From Candidatus Freyarchaeum deiterrae (GTDB lineage Archaea > Asgardarchaeota > Jordiarchaeia > Jordiarchaeales > Jordiarchaeaceae), in assembly GCA_037305845.1 (NCBI GenBank), contig CP147778.1, positions 3,328,001-3,392,000 of the forward strand: a DNA stretch of 64,000 bases. Reading direction: 5' to 3'. The position numbers were made by a program, and so were the translations under genes. Shown piece by piece: positions 1 through 9,430 of this stretch. Each line of letters begins with the position of its first letter. Position 1 is the first letter of the stretch. Under the pieces are notes generated by a model, which saw only the letters and a program-made list of their open reading frames with translations, had not been told where the DNA came from and made no database searches.

Positions 1-263
1 CGAATATGAATAGTCCATATATCACTTTTCTCACCTCATAAACTTTTAACGAGTGATCATCAAAACTTTATCTAATGCATTGTCGTCGATTTTTCACAAT
101 CATTCCATATCAGGAATGTTTAGGATTATACTTATCATAATTATTAAGTTGGAATTGAATTTCTACAACTATTTTGCCAGTGACTATTTTAATCAGGATC
201 TACATACAGCTTAACATTTTTCCTTTAGAGATTAGGTTTCTACTTGTTGAGCTGATGGTTTGT

Positions 264-1172
264 TCACTGAACATCCATGATGGATATAGCGTCCTCTTCT
301 TTTCTGATTATTTTCATGATTTCAAGTTCTTTTAGAAGGGTATTTAATTTCTTTAAGGGTATGCATAGGTCTTCGCTAAGTTTAGAAACATCGGATTTCC
401 TTACTCGCTTCAAGAAGAACATTATCCTGTATTTCGGATCTCTTTCCAGAATTGGTGTAATTCTCCTCATGAATTCCCTAAAGCTTTGCATTTGGTCTAG
501 AATCTGACTCTCTTCTTCGTAATCAGGAGTGGGGGTATATACGAAAGGAGAGTCTCTTTGTTTCTCTGAGAGGCTTAATGAATTTTGCAGCTTTTCTATG
601 TCTTTCTTTTGATCCAGAATTTTTCTATCCCTAGCCTTTACAGCCAGCATTAATTCGTCTATTCTTTTTTGATATTCTTTAACAACTTTTGCATTGATGT
701 TCTCATCTTTCTCTGTTTCAATTTTGGTATCGGGAGCAGCCCCTGGGATTTTTAAATCGTTCCCAGGGGGCTCAACTTTTCTACTTCCTTTAGTCTTCGT
801 CTGAGAGGGAATCATGTCATTAAAATCAAAATTTTGGGCATGACCAGTGACCGAGGAATGCGCTTTCCTTGACCTACTATGCATCGGTGATGACTGTTCA
901 AGCTCAGAACCAAAAATACTCAATATGTTGTCTATACTTTCCTGTAAAGCATTATCGAATGCTTGTCTAACAACCATATCCAGACCCTTAATAGGAAATC
1001 TTAGCGTTATCCCTCGCACCAATTCGTCCCTAATTTTAACCATGCACCCAATTAACTCTGTCTCAATTGTATCTGAGGATTCTACTTGGGAAACCGCCTC
1101 ACTGCTGCTAGTGACATATGTATACCTTTTTTTCGCACTTTGACTAACTTCAATTTGGGACTCCGTTATCAT
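264..1172 (-). CDS. Hypothetical protein with central coiled coil and C-terminal winged-helix domain
   Basis: 302 aa ORF; heptad region (EYQKRIDELMLAVKARDRKILDQKKDIEKLQNSL); C-terminal DPKYRIMFFLKR...VSKLSEDLCIPLKKLNTLLKELEIMKII resembles a wHTH. Confidence 0.6.
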   Translation of the reverse strand: MITESQIEVSQSAKKRYTYVTSSSEAVSQVESSDTIETELIGCMVKIRDELVRGITLRFPIKGLDMVVRQAFDNALQESIDNILSIFGSELEQSSPMHSRSRKAHSSVTGHAQNFDFNDMIPSQTKTKGSRKVEPPGNDLKIPGAAPDTKIETEKDENINAKVVKEYQKRIDELMLAVKARDRKILDQKKDIEKLQNSLSLSEKQRDSPFVYTPTPDYEEESQILDQMQSFREFMRRITPILERDPKYRIMFFLKRVRKSDVSKLSEDLCIPLKKLNTLLKELEIMKIIRKEEDAISIMDVQ

Positions 1173-1316
1173 TAGCGATCCTCTCTTCTAATTACACTTA
1201 ATAGAATCCATTAGTGGGTCTTACAACCAATTCTTTTGTTCAATTCTTATTTACTAATATATACATGGCACTTCTGAAAAGCTTAGTAAACTTTTTAAAA
1301 ATTGGACCTACGGAGA

Positions 1317-1392
1317 AAAGCGCACGCCTTTTTAACAAAAACCAGAAAGTTTATCCACGCAACTAGTAATAATTTGACACCTTAACTACGCG
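1317..1392 (-). promoter_or_regulatory. Tandem GCGTRG-box operator upstream of 264..1172
   Basis: Minus-strand GCGTAGTTAA (starts 1391), GCGTGGATAA (1360) and weaker GCGTGCG (1327); spacing 31 and 33 bp. Confidence 0.55.
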
Positions 1393-1512
1393 TTTAGCCA
1401 ACTTAACATTAAATGAATAAAATCAGCGAGGTAATGGATGGGCTTATAAATTTTTTTAAAAAAGGTACCAGTTATGAAACTTGAAGTCGGTCTGTTCATA
1501 AAAAGATATGAA

Positions 1513-2631
1513 CTAAGTACTACTAGGTTGCGAAGATGCGTTTAATTGTGTCATGGATGGTTGGAGGATTTCTTTGATTTTATTTGTAGTTTTGTTAATC
1601 ACGTCTATGGCGTATCCCAGTTGAACTTCAGTTTCTATAGGTAGAACGATTAGTAATGAGTGGTCTTCTGTGATATTCACCAGCATTTCGTTCTTTTCTT
1701 CGCCTCTTATGATAACTAGGTTTAACACTTTTTCTCCCAGGTCTTTGAGAACCTTGCTTGAGTTTAGGATTATGAAACCCATCATGGACTGCGTTATGTC
1801 GTCTTTTTCCAGTGTTGAAGCAACTGGTAGTCCGCTGGATTTGTCTATAAGCATGCTTCCCGGAGCTCCAACTTCTTTGTTAAGGTTCGTAAGGATTTTT
1901 CTGATAAGTTGATCGCTGGAACTTTTCTGGGTGTCTGGTTTACGAGTTGTTTTTGAATGTTTCTGTATGAATTTTGAATAGAGTTGCAAGGTCTCCTGAA
2001 ATGCCTCATCAGCTTTCATCCAGTGGTTACCACTCTCCCCTTCCCTCGATTGGGTCTCTTCTATAGAAGTTCCTAAGCAGACTGTTCTTTTTGCAATTTT
2101 TTCAATCTTTTTAAACGAGCTGGGATCAGAGTCAGTTTTTTTGGAGCTAATTTCTGGGGGTGGTAATAGTAGGAGCTCCGCCACTTCTTCGAATGGGAGG
2201 GCTTCGGGTAAATCCTGTTTGTGAGCAAAAATAACTGAGAAAGCATTTGGGGAGTATTTGGCTAATTTGGTTATTGCTCGCCAGAATTCTTTGCGGGCAA
2301 AAGCAAACAATTGTTCCTTATCAGAATCTACAACAAATACGAAGATGCTAACTTTACTAAAGATGTTCTTTTCATTCTCCGGTTGGTGGTAATCTTCAAA
2401 AAACCTTTCCTGCCCACCAAAGTCGTAGAATTGACAAATGTATTTGCTTTTCCTTTTATCCGGATGCACATCTACAAACTCTGTGGGCTGCAGATTTCTT
2501 AGCTGGTCTGCACCAAATCCGTAAATCGTCTGCCTGAGAATCGCGGTTTTTCCAGCGTCCTGAGGTCCCATCAATAAAACCTTTATTCTCTCATTGTGGC
2601 CTTCTAATTCTGTAAAATTTTGTTTCGTCAT
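1513..2631 (-). CDS. Rag/Gtr1-type small GTPase with C-terminal roadblock (LC7) domain
   Basis: KVLLMGPQDAGKT P-loop, DFGGQERF G3, NIFSKV, Rag-type HKQD G4; C-terminal GSMLIDKSSGLPVAST...QLGYAI roadblock pattern. Confidence 0.85.
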   Translation of the reverse strand: MTKQNFTELEGHNERIKVLLMGPQDAGKTAILRQTIYGFGADQLRNLQPTEFVDVHPDKRKSKYICQFYDFGGQERFFEDYHQPENEKNIFSKVSIFVFVVDSDKEQLFAFARKEFWRAITKLAKYSPNAFSVIFAHKQDLPEALPFEEVAELLLLPPPEISSKKTDSDPSSFKKIEKIAKRTVCLGTSIEETQSREGESGNHWMKADEAFQETLQLYSKFIQKHSKTTRKPDTQKSSSDQLIRKILTNLNKEVGAPGSMLIDKSSGLPVASTLEKDDITQSMMGFIILNSSKVLKDLGEKVLNLVIIRGEEKNEMLVNITEDHSLLIVLPIETEVQLGYAIDVINKTTNKIKEILQPSMTQLNASSQPSST

Positions 2632-2865
2632 ATCTCAGAGCCTCCTAATCCTAAATCAGTAAATGAAAGGTTATGCGAAACGGTAACTAAAAGCGGCTCA
2701 TTTCACATTTAATGTATATTATTTCTCACTAATCACTCAATTTAGAAACTATTGAATGGAAATTACTGTAATATAACTTGTTTCGAATCTATAAAAAACT
2801 TATGCGTTCAAGTTCAATTATTAATTGGGATTTGCTGTTGTTATGAAGTTTTGCGAAGGATGAGT

Positions 2866-3969
2866 TTATAGTGATAATTTTAGGTCTTTTTTCTCGAAGT
2901 TTGTGACATTTAGGATTTGTATTATTTTTGTTGCAGGTAATGTGCTGATTTTTTGGTCTGTAAATTCTTTTAATTTTGCTCTGTTTTCCGAGAAGACCAT
3001 AATTAGTGCGTTTTCTTTGCCTGCGGTTTCGCAGACGAATTTTACGTCAGACATTTCTTTAAGCGTGGATAAAACCCTGGTTAGTTCTGAGGGTCCAACT
3101 TCTAGAATAATGAAGGATATTTCTTCTTTTCCTACTTTATGCGGGTTCACAATTGCTGTGATTTCCTCTATTATTCCGCTTTTAAGCAGTTTGTCAACCC
3201 GATCCCTGATGGTTGCGTCGCTAACTTTCATTTTTCTGCTAATCTCGCGGAAAGAGGTGCGTCCATCATTCTGGAGAATATTTATCAAGTGAATGTTTAA
3301 GGGGTCTAATTCCACTTCTCTCTTTCGGGAGGGCTTAATCTCAGTAAGCATGGGTCTATAGGCCAGTAGATTTACTATACTGGGACGCATTCCTTTATTG
3401 AACCTGAAGGAGTATAATTCCTGCCTCAAGGCTTCATCTACTTTAAATTCATAATCACAGTTAAAACAATGCATCCGCCTCACGGGCTGGGCAAAAAATG
3501 CTCCGCACGCTTCACACATATTGGTTTCGGTAACCTTATAGTCCTCCGCCTCAGACCGCAGCTTCTTATTACATTTCGGGCAAATAAGCATGGTAGCTTT
3601 TCCAAATTTTTCCTTAAGATCAATACGCCCACACTCAAAATGTTCTATTACCGTCTTTTGACTAATGTTCCCACTTTCACACTTCGGGCAGGTCAACCTC
3701 AAATGAATATCGAAGCTCTTGCACTCCGGGCAGACAAGCATTACGTCAACAGCATTTTTCTGGAGAACATTCAATTCGCTGAGTCTGTTCAGTATTTCAA
3801 AGGTTTCCAAACTGTTCATCTCCATAATTTTTTCCGCTTCAGGGTATCGAAATCCCAGATTAGCTGAACGCGAAAACTGGGGAGAAAACTCCAAATCCGG
3901 CTCACTCAAAAATCTTTCAATAAGTAACCAGACCCGCTGATCAGACAAAAACGAGACTAATTCTTCCAC
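2866..3969 (-). CDS. TackOD1-like multi-zinc-finger domain fused to Lrp/AsnC regulator
   Basis: Repeated CxxC motifs (CPEC, CPKC, HFECG, CPKC, CEAC, CFNC) followed by LDPLNIHLINILQNDGRTSFREISRKMKVSDATIRDRVDKL AsnC HTH and an effector domain. Confidence 0.8.
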   Translation of the reverse strand: MEELVSFLSDQRVWLLIERFLSEPDLEFSPQFSRSANLGFRYPEAEKIMEMNSLETFEILNRLSELNVLQKNAVDVMLVCPECKSFDIHLRLTCPKCESGNISQKTVIEHFECGRIDLKEKFGKATMLICPKCNKKLRSEAEDYKVTETNMCEACGAFFAQPVRRMHCFNCDYEFKVDEALRQELYSFRFNKGMRPSIVNLLAYRPMLTEIKPSRKREVELDPLNIHLINILQNDGRTSFREISRKMKVSDATIRDRVDKLLKSGIIEEITAIVNPHKVGKEEISFIILEVGPSELTRVLSTLKEMSDVKFVCETAGKENALIMVFSENRAKLKEFTDQKISTLPATKIIQILNVTNFEKKDLKLSL

Positions 3970-4260
3970 GGCTTTAACCCTCTGACCTTTGCATCTGAAA
4001 GACTCTTTAACTATAAAGACATTCTAAACAAATATGTTTTTTGTCAGAAAGAAGCTCCCAAAAGAAGTAGAGCTAAAAGGAAGCGATCCACATTCAGCTC
4101 TACTAAATCCTCCTTGAAGAACCCTAGTCCAAGCAGAGGGTGAAAACCACACGGGAGAAAGAGAAAACAATTATCCAACTTAACATTGGGTTTTAAAAAA
4201 ATTTATAAATTCTCCAACACTCATCTCATTTCTTTCTCTTCAGGTGATTTATTACCCAAT

Positions 4261-4301
4261 GCGTGGTTAAGGTGTTAAACAATTATTAATTAAGCAGATA
4301 A
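4261..4301 (+). promoter_or_regulatory. Tandem GCGTRG-box operator upstream of 4399 ATPase
   Basis: GCGTGGTTAAGGTGTTAAA closely matches the minus-strand element at 1391 (GCGTAGTTAAGGTGTCAAA); degenerate second copy AAGCAGATAA 31 bp downstream. Confidence 0.5.
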
Positions 4302-4398
4302 GCCTTACATTTTTCACGAAAAAAGAGCATGCTTCGATTCTAAGAACTGTTTTCGGAGGCTCTACCTCATTTTTAGAACACCTGAATATTATTATGAA

Positions 4399-5853
4399 GT
4401 GGAACATTTACCGAAATATTTGGTGGGTAGAGCTTTGTTAAGTATTGAAAAAGGGGTTCCTATTGAGATATCAAATCTTTTGGAAAAGGGAGGATACTCT
4501 CTCCATATCAAGGGCTCTGCGGGAACCGGTAAGACTACCCTCGCATTAGAAATAGCTAAGAATTTGTCTCCTAAGGCGAGTGCTATTTATCTTTCCACTC
4601 GGGTTTCACCAGAGAGGATCCTAACTCAATTTCCATGGGTAAGGAGCTGTCTAGAGGAGCAGGACATTATAGACGCCAAGCGAGCTTACATATCTTCAGA
4701 CGTTCAAAGAAATGTGGCGGAGTACACAGATCAACCTGAATTCCTGAGATCCTTAAAAGAAAGGATTCAAAAATCGGAACGCCGCCCAGTAACTGTTATT
4801 ATTGACAGTCTAGACGCCCTGAAATCGAATCTTAACCTTGAAGATATGGATATCACCATGGAAACCATTCTTTTAGAAATTGGTGAAAAAACAGACACAA
4901 ACATGTTGTTCGTTACGGAAAAAAGCGGTGAAAACAGATTAGACTATTTAACAGATGGAGTGGTAAGACTAGAACGAGAAATCCTAAACGGAAGACTCGT
5001 AAGAAGAATATACTTGGAAAAGATACGAGGAGAAAAAATTCGGCAACCATATTATCTTTTCACGCTTAATGAAGGCAGATTCACCTCCTTTAGTCCAAAA
5101 ATTCTCCCAAGTCTCATATACGATATGGATAAATTGGTAGCAAAACAGGAAAACCTTATCCCCACAGGTATAAAAATGCTGGATACTCGTGGTGGAATAC
5201 CTAAAGGATCATTTAACCTCCTTGAAAATATGAATGGTATGGGAATGGAATATGCCTATATCTTGTTTCCCATAATTTTAAGTTTTATTCAAAGAGGTTG
5301 CCCCGTATTTGTAACTCATCCGTATAGCAGTTCCATTCAATCATCTTACATGTCCATTATCTCTCAAATGGGAATCAAAGATGAAAATATTGTTTCCATA
5401 TCCCGAGAATATCTTTACTATTTCGAATTCACACAATTGAAGGAAACCCCCATACTAACTCCAATTCGTGTTTCAAAAGACAGTAGTATAGATGATTTTA
5501 ACGAATTACTCAAGGAATCGGTAACTAAAACTCTCGAGAAACTTGGTGCTGACACCTTTTTATGGCTCGTTGGAGTGGACACTATGGAGCGAATTTATGG
5601 AGGAACAAACTTTAGAAAGGCTATAGGAACCCTAGCTTATGAAACAAATAATCTTAATGGAATTATTATTGCGTTTGCTAAACAGGGTGTCAAATCTATG
5701 GATTCTCTAATTCACCTCTCGACATCCCACTTCGTACTAGATAATGTGGGGGCGCCGGTAATATATGGTGTGACTCCTAAAACTGGAATGTTCGCCATAG
5801 CCACCGAAACAATGAATGGGCATGATAGAATAGCCCTTGTACCAATCGAATAA
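4399..5853 (+). CDS. Two-domain KaiC/RAD55-superfamily ATPase (GvpD P-loop-like), second domain degenerate
   Basis: Walker A GSAGTGKT, Walker B VIIDSLD, LDYLTDGVVRL, EKIRG; second RecA fold (IPTGIKMLD..GGIPKGS) lacks GKT. Confidence 0.75.
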   Translation: MEHLPKYLVGRALLSIEKGVPIEISNLLEKGGYSLHIKGSAGTGKTTLALEIAKNLSPKASAIYLSTRVSPERILTQFPWVRSCLEEQDIIDAKRAYISSDVQRNVAEYTDQPEFLRSLKERIQKSERRPVTVIIDSLDALKSNLNLEDMDITMETILLEIGEKTDTNMLFVTEKSGENRLDYLTDGVVRLEREILNGRLVRRIYLEKIRGEKIRQPYYLFTLNEGRFTSFSPKILPSLIYDMDKLVAKQENLIPTGIKMLDTRGGIPKGSFNLLENMNGMGMEYAYILFPIILSFIQRGCPVFVTHPYSSSIQSSYMSIISQMGIKDENIVSISREYLYYFEFTQLKETPILTPIRVSKDSSIDDFNELLKESVTKTLEKLGADTFLWLVGVDTMERIYGGTNFRKAIGTLAYETNNLNGIIIAFAKQGVKSMDSLIHLSTSHFVLDNVGAPVIYGVTPKTGMFAIATETMNGHDRIALVPIE

Positions 5854-6002
5854 AAGAAAAAAACAATTTAAAAATAGAATTATAACTTTGAAAAGTTAAG
5901 ATAAGGAAGAGATATATACCAAAGTTAATCATTTTTATTACAGAAACTTGAAAAATTCTAAAAAAAGGATAAAAAATATTATAAATAGTGAGGGATGCGA
6001 AA

Positions 6003-6794
6003 ATGAGTTTAGTTGAAACTATACCATCCGGTATTCCCGGCCTAGATGAACTGCTGAACGGCGGGTTACCAAAAGGTAGAGCAATCTTAGTCTCAGGCGG
6101 ACCAGGAACTGGAAAAAGTATTCTATCTGCACAATTCATATACAACGGTGCCAAAGAATACGGTATCCCCGGAATCATAGTGAGCTTGGAAGAACCCGCA
6201 ACAACAATAAAAGAAAACCTAAGCGCCTTCGGATGGGACTTGGACAAACTCGTAGATGAGAATCTGCTGGTGATAATAGATGCAGCACCTATTCAGAGAA
6301 GCACGGATGCCGGAGATCGCGTTTATGAGATTTCCGGTGAGAGCCATCCGATTCTGGGTGAAAGGTCTTTCAATATTGAGAACCTCGTGTCAGTTATACA
6401 TGAGAAGAGAAGAGAGCTAAACGCAACAAGAATAATAGTGGACTCCATAACGAACCTTACACTTCAGCACAAGGACCTCTTCCAGCTCAGACAAGATGTC
6501 CTCACTCTTGTGCGTTCACTTAAAGCAACTGGAGTAACCTCACTCCTTACGGCTGAAAGCCTAAACGTGCACGAGATGGGGCGCTACGGTCTGGAACCCT
6601 TCATAGCGGAAGGAGTAATCCTGCTCTACATGCTGAGGCAGGGAAATACAAAAATAAGAGCACTGGAAATCATGAAAATGCGAGGAATAAATCACAGCAT
6701 GGACGCAGCCTTCTTCAGAATAACAAATAAAGGCGTAGTTCTGTACCCCGAGGAACGTGTTTTCAAAGAAGATTCGCGAGGAATCATCTGGTAA
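6003..6794 (+). CDS. Single-domain KaiC/RAD55 family ATPase
   Basis: IPSGIPGLDELLNGGLPKG, GGPGTGKS, SLEE, IIVDSIT, KMRG; start refined to ATG 6003. Confidence 0.9.
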   Translation: MSLVETIPSGIPGLDELLNGGLPKGRAILVSGGPGTGKSILSAQFIYNGAKEYGIPGIIVSLEEPATTIKENLSAFGWDLDKLVDENLLVIIDAAPIQRSTDAGDRVYEISGESHPILGERSFNIENLVSVIHEKRRELNATRIIVDSITNLTLQHKDLFQLRQDVLTLVRSLKATGVTSLLTAESLNVHEMGRYGLEPFIAEGVILLYMLRQGNTKIRALEIMKMRGINHSMDAAFFRITNKGVVLYPEERVFKEDSRGIIW

Positions 6795-6949
6795 CTAAAC
6801 AATCGAAAAAAATAAAATAGGTCTACCCACTCAATAAAGTGAACAGAAAAATTATCCAATTATGCAAAAGATATCTGAGACAAAAAAAGTTTTTAAGACT
6901 ATACAAAAACTCATCTTTTCGGAATGAAATTTCAGCAGCATGATTAACC

Positions 6950-6990
6950 GCGTAGTTAATACATTTTAATTCTGCTATTTGCGTAGAAAT
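6950..6990 (+). promoter_or_regulatory. Tandem GCGTAG-box operator upstream of Rab-like GTPase
   Basis: GCGTAGTTAA at 6950 and GCGTAGAAAT at 6981 (31 bp spacing). Confidence 0.55.
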
Positions 6991-7118
6991 TAACAATTGC
7001 ATCAAGACAAAAATTATGCGCCCTATACTCTCCAATATTATTTATTATTTAACTAAAATTTTTACTGGTCAACGATTATTACATAGACTTTGGTGGAAAA
7101 AGAAAGGTGTGACGTACT

Positions 7119-7646
7119 ATGTCTAAAATGAAAGATTTCGACTATTCGGTAAAGGTTCTAATTGTAGGGGACGGTGGAGTCGGTAAAACGAGCCTGACAC
7201 GCAGATTCGCAACCGGGCAGTTCACACAAGAATATATTCAAACCATAGGTGTGAACCTTTTCACCAAAATCATCGAAGTGAAGGGTCAGAAAATGAAGAT
7301 GCACCTCTGGGATACAGGCGGTCAAGAGAAGTTTAGAAATTTATTACCAAAATATTATGAAGGGGGTAGCTGCGGACTTGTGGTTTACGATGTGACAAAA
7401 CCCCTAACTCTCAAAAAGTGTGGTTGGTGGGTAAGCGAGATAACCAAGAATCGTGGTAAAATTCCCCTGATACTAATAGGTAACAAAACCGATCTTGATA
7501 GACAGATCTCTACAGAGGAAGGCCAAGCTATTGCAGACAAACTAGGCATACCTCTTATCGAAACCTCTGCTAAAGACCAAATCAACGTTGAAAATGCCTT
7601 CTCCCTCCTGGGAGAAATGATTTTAGAAAACGCAGAGAAGCAATAG
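7119..7646 (+). CDS. Rab-like small GTPase
   Basis: GDGGVGKT, TIGV, WDTGGQE, NKTD, ETSAK motifs; no C-terminal prenylation cysteines. Confidence 0.92.
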   Translation: MSKMKDFDYSVKVLIVGDGGVGKTSLTRRFATGQFTQEYIQTIGVNLFTKIIEVKGQKMKMHLWDTGGQEKFRNLLPKYYEGGSCGLVVYDVTKPLTLKKCGWWVSEITKNRGKIPLILIGNKTDLDRQISTEEGQAIADKLGIPLIETSAKDQINVENAFSLLGEMILENAEKQ

Positions 7647-7828
7647 CCCCTCTAGGAATTTTAAGCAGTATAAAATGAATCGAAGGAAAAAAAACTAATT
7701 ACCATTCTATAAGTCGTATTCTTTTTCTCTTTCTTCTACTCTTCTATGTTATCTGCCACACTTTTTGGAAGCTTCAGTGTTTCAGTCTATATAACTCAAC
7801 AAGTTTGGAGTATTGAAAACGATTGATT

Positions 7829-8632
7829 TTAAACCTTCTCTTTTGCTCTTTTGCTCCCTTTCGGAGTTAATTGGCAACTCGAATCTTGAACGCTTTTTAC
7901 CATGCTGTTAAGGAAAGGAGTTGAGAAAACTATTTCTGGTCTTGCACCGTTACGTTTTGCTATAGAGTATTGCTTTTCTTCAGCGTAAGGTATTCCCGAA
8001 GCATGCTTCACTATCTGTATGTAGTTTTGTCTTCTATGTTCCCTAAACTCGGTTCTTGTTTTGATCACGGTGTTTGCCAGTGCCTGTATTCTTTTCTCTA
8101 CGCTGTTTTCGGTAACTCCTTGAGATAACATGTAGTATTCTATTGTTTTACACCTCATTGCTTCCTTAATGTTTTTATTAAAGAACTGAATCACCTCATT
8201 TGTTTCAAAGTTTATGAAGAGGGAGCTAAGAGAGTAGAGACAAACTAAAGGGCCCGGAGCATTCTCGTCCGATTTTTGGAACTGTTTGTCTCTCGCCGTC
8301 TTCATGGTAAGAAATATATCAAAGACCTTTGAGCAATTTTCGAGGTAGTATTCGGTTTCATAAACGTTTTTTGGCGAAATACTGTCTATAACCGTAAAAT
8401 TCTCAGAGTGAATAATATCCTCGATCATTTTTGCAAATTGAAGGGAGTCAGGCGATGTTATTACAAGAATGACACTCCCTCCTTGATTGTAGTGGTTTCG
8501 AATTATTTCTGAGAGAATAAAATCATTGCCCGACCCAATATCATCTATAAAAAGAACAACGTCACCTCTACCTATCCCACTATCAAGCATTTGGTCTAAA
8601 TCTTTTAATCCAGTAAACTCATTCGCACCCAT
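7829..8632 (-). CDS. Catalytically degenerate KaiC/RAD55-fold protein
   Basis: FTGLKDLDQMLDSGIGRGDVVL N-terminus; Walker A degenerate (DDIGSGND); Walker B lacks Asp (VCLYSLS). Confidence 0.7.
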   Translation of the reverse strand: MGANEFTGLKDLDQMLDSGIGRGDVVLFIDDIGSGNDFILSEIIRNHYNQGGSVILVITSPDSLQFAKMIEDIIHSENFTVIDSISPKNVYETEYYLENCSKVFDIFLTMKTARDKQFQKSDENAPGPLVCLYSLSSLFINFETNEVIQFFNKNIKEAMRCKTIEYYMLSQGVTENSVEKRIQALANTVIKTRTEFREHRRQNYIQIVKHASGIPYAEEKQYSIAKRNGARPEIVFSTPFLNSMVKSVQDSSCQLTPKGSKRAKEKV

Positions 8633-9282
8633 TTAATATAACCTTCATTGTAGGTTATTTCCCACTTGCATTGATTAGCATTAATGAGGATAGGTATATT
8701 TTGAAGGGGTTTGGTCTCTAAATCCCCAAAAATAATAAGCTTATTATTTTGAAATTCGAATACTCTCAAGTTATTTGAGTAGAATTATCACATTTATAGA
8801 TGTATATTAAATATTATATATACATTTTGGGTCTTTTGCAACTTTAGTTCCCATTAATGGTGATTATCTGAACTTAACTTGAACATTATGTAAAAAGAAG
8901 GTCTTCTTTTTAAGAAGATTATGTGAATTTAAGCATTAGTCTGCGATTTTATGCGAAGAGTATTCAAAAATGCTATTTGGTAACTAACAAAATTTTTTGG
9001 GATTGCAGAGATGCTTGGAAAAATGTATGTTTTACCGATTTTTCAAGAACATTTGTTCACTATCTTATTTTATATTTTATTTATTGTTCAATTTATGTGC
9101 ATGCTTGTATGAAACAAAACAGCTTTTAAAATTTTGAACTAGTCTAAATATTTGGCTCTAAATTCTCAAACAAACCAAAACAGAATTATTTTCCTCGTAT
9201 TATCTGGTTTTTTTGGAAAATCTTTATAAATGATATTCCAAAATTTTCAAATTTTTGAAGTGCTTTTGGGGTCTATGTTTTT

Positions 9283-9324
9283 GCGTAGTTTATGGCTCTG
9301 TGTAGGGTATATTTGCGTGGTATT
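9283..9324 (+). promoter_or_regulatory. Tandem GCGTRG-box operator upstream of longin-TackOD1 gene
   Basis: GCGTAGTTTA at 9283 and GCGTGGTATT at 9315 (32 bp spacing). Confidence 0.55.
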
Positions 9325-9430
9325 TTGTTCTTATTTTTCTTGGAAAAGGGTTTTGTAAGATTAGTATAGGTAGTTTTTCTTCGCATTTTTTGGCTTTTTC
9401 GTAGTGTCGGTTACATTATATGGTGATAGT

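Noticed and set aside
4399-6794. Gas vesicle or circadian clock operon
   Set aside because: No gvpA/gvpE or kaiA/kaiB in the window; KaiC phosphosites absent
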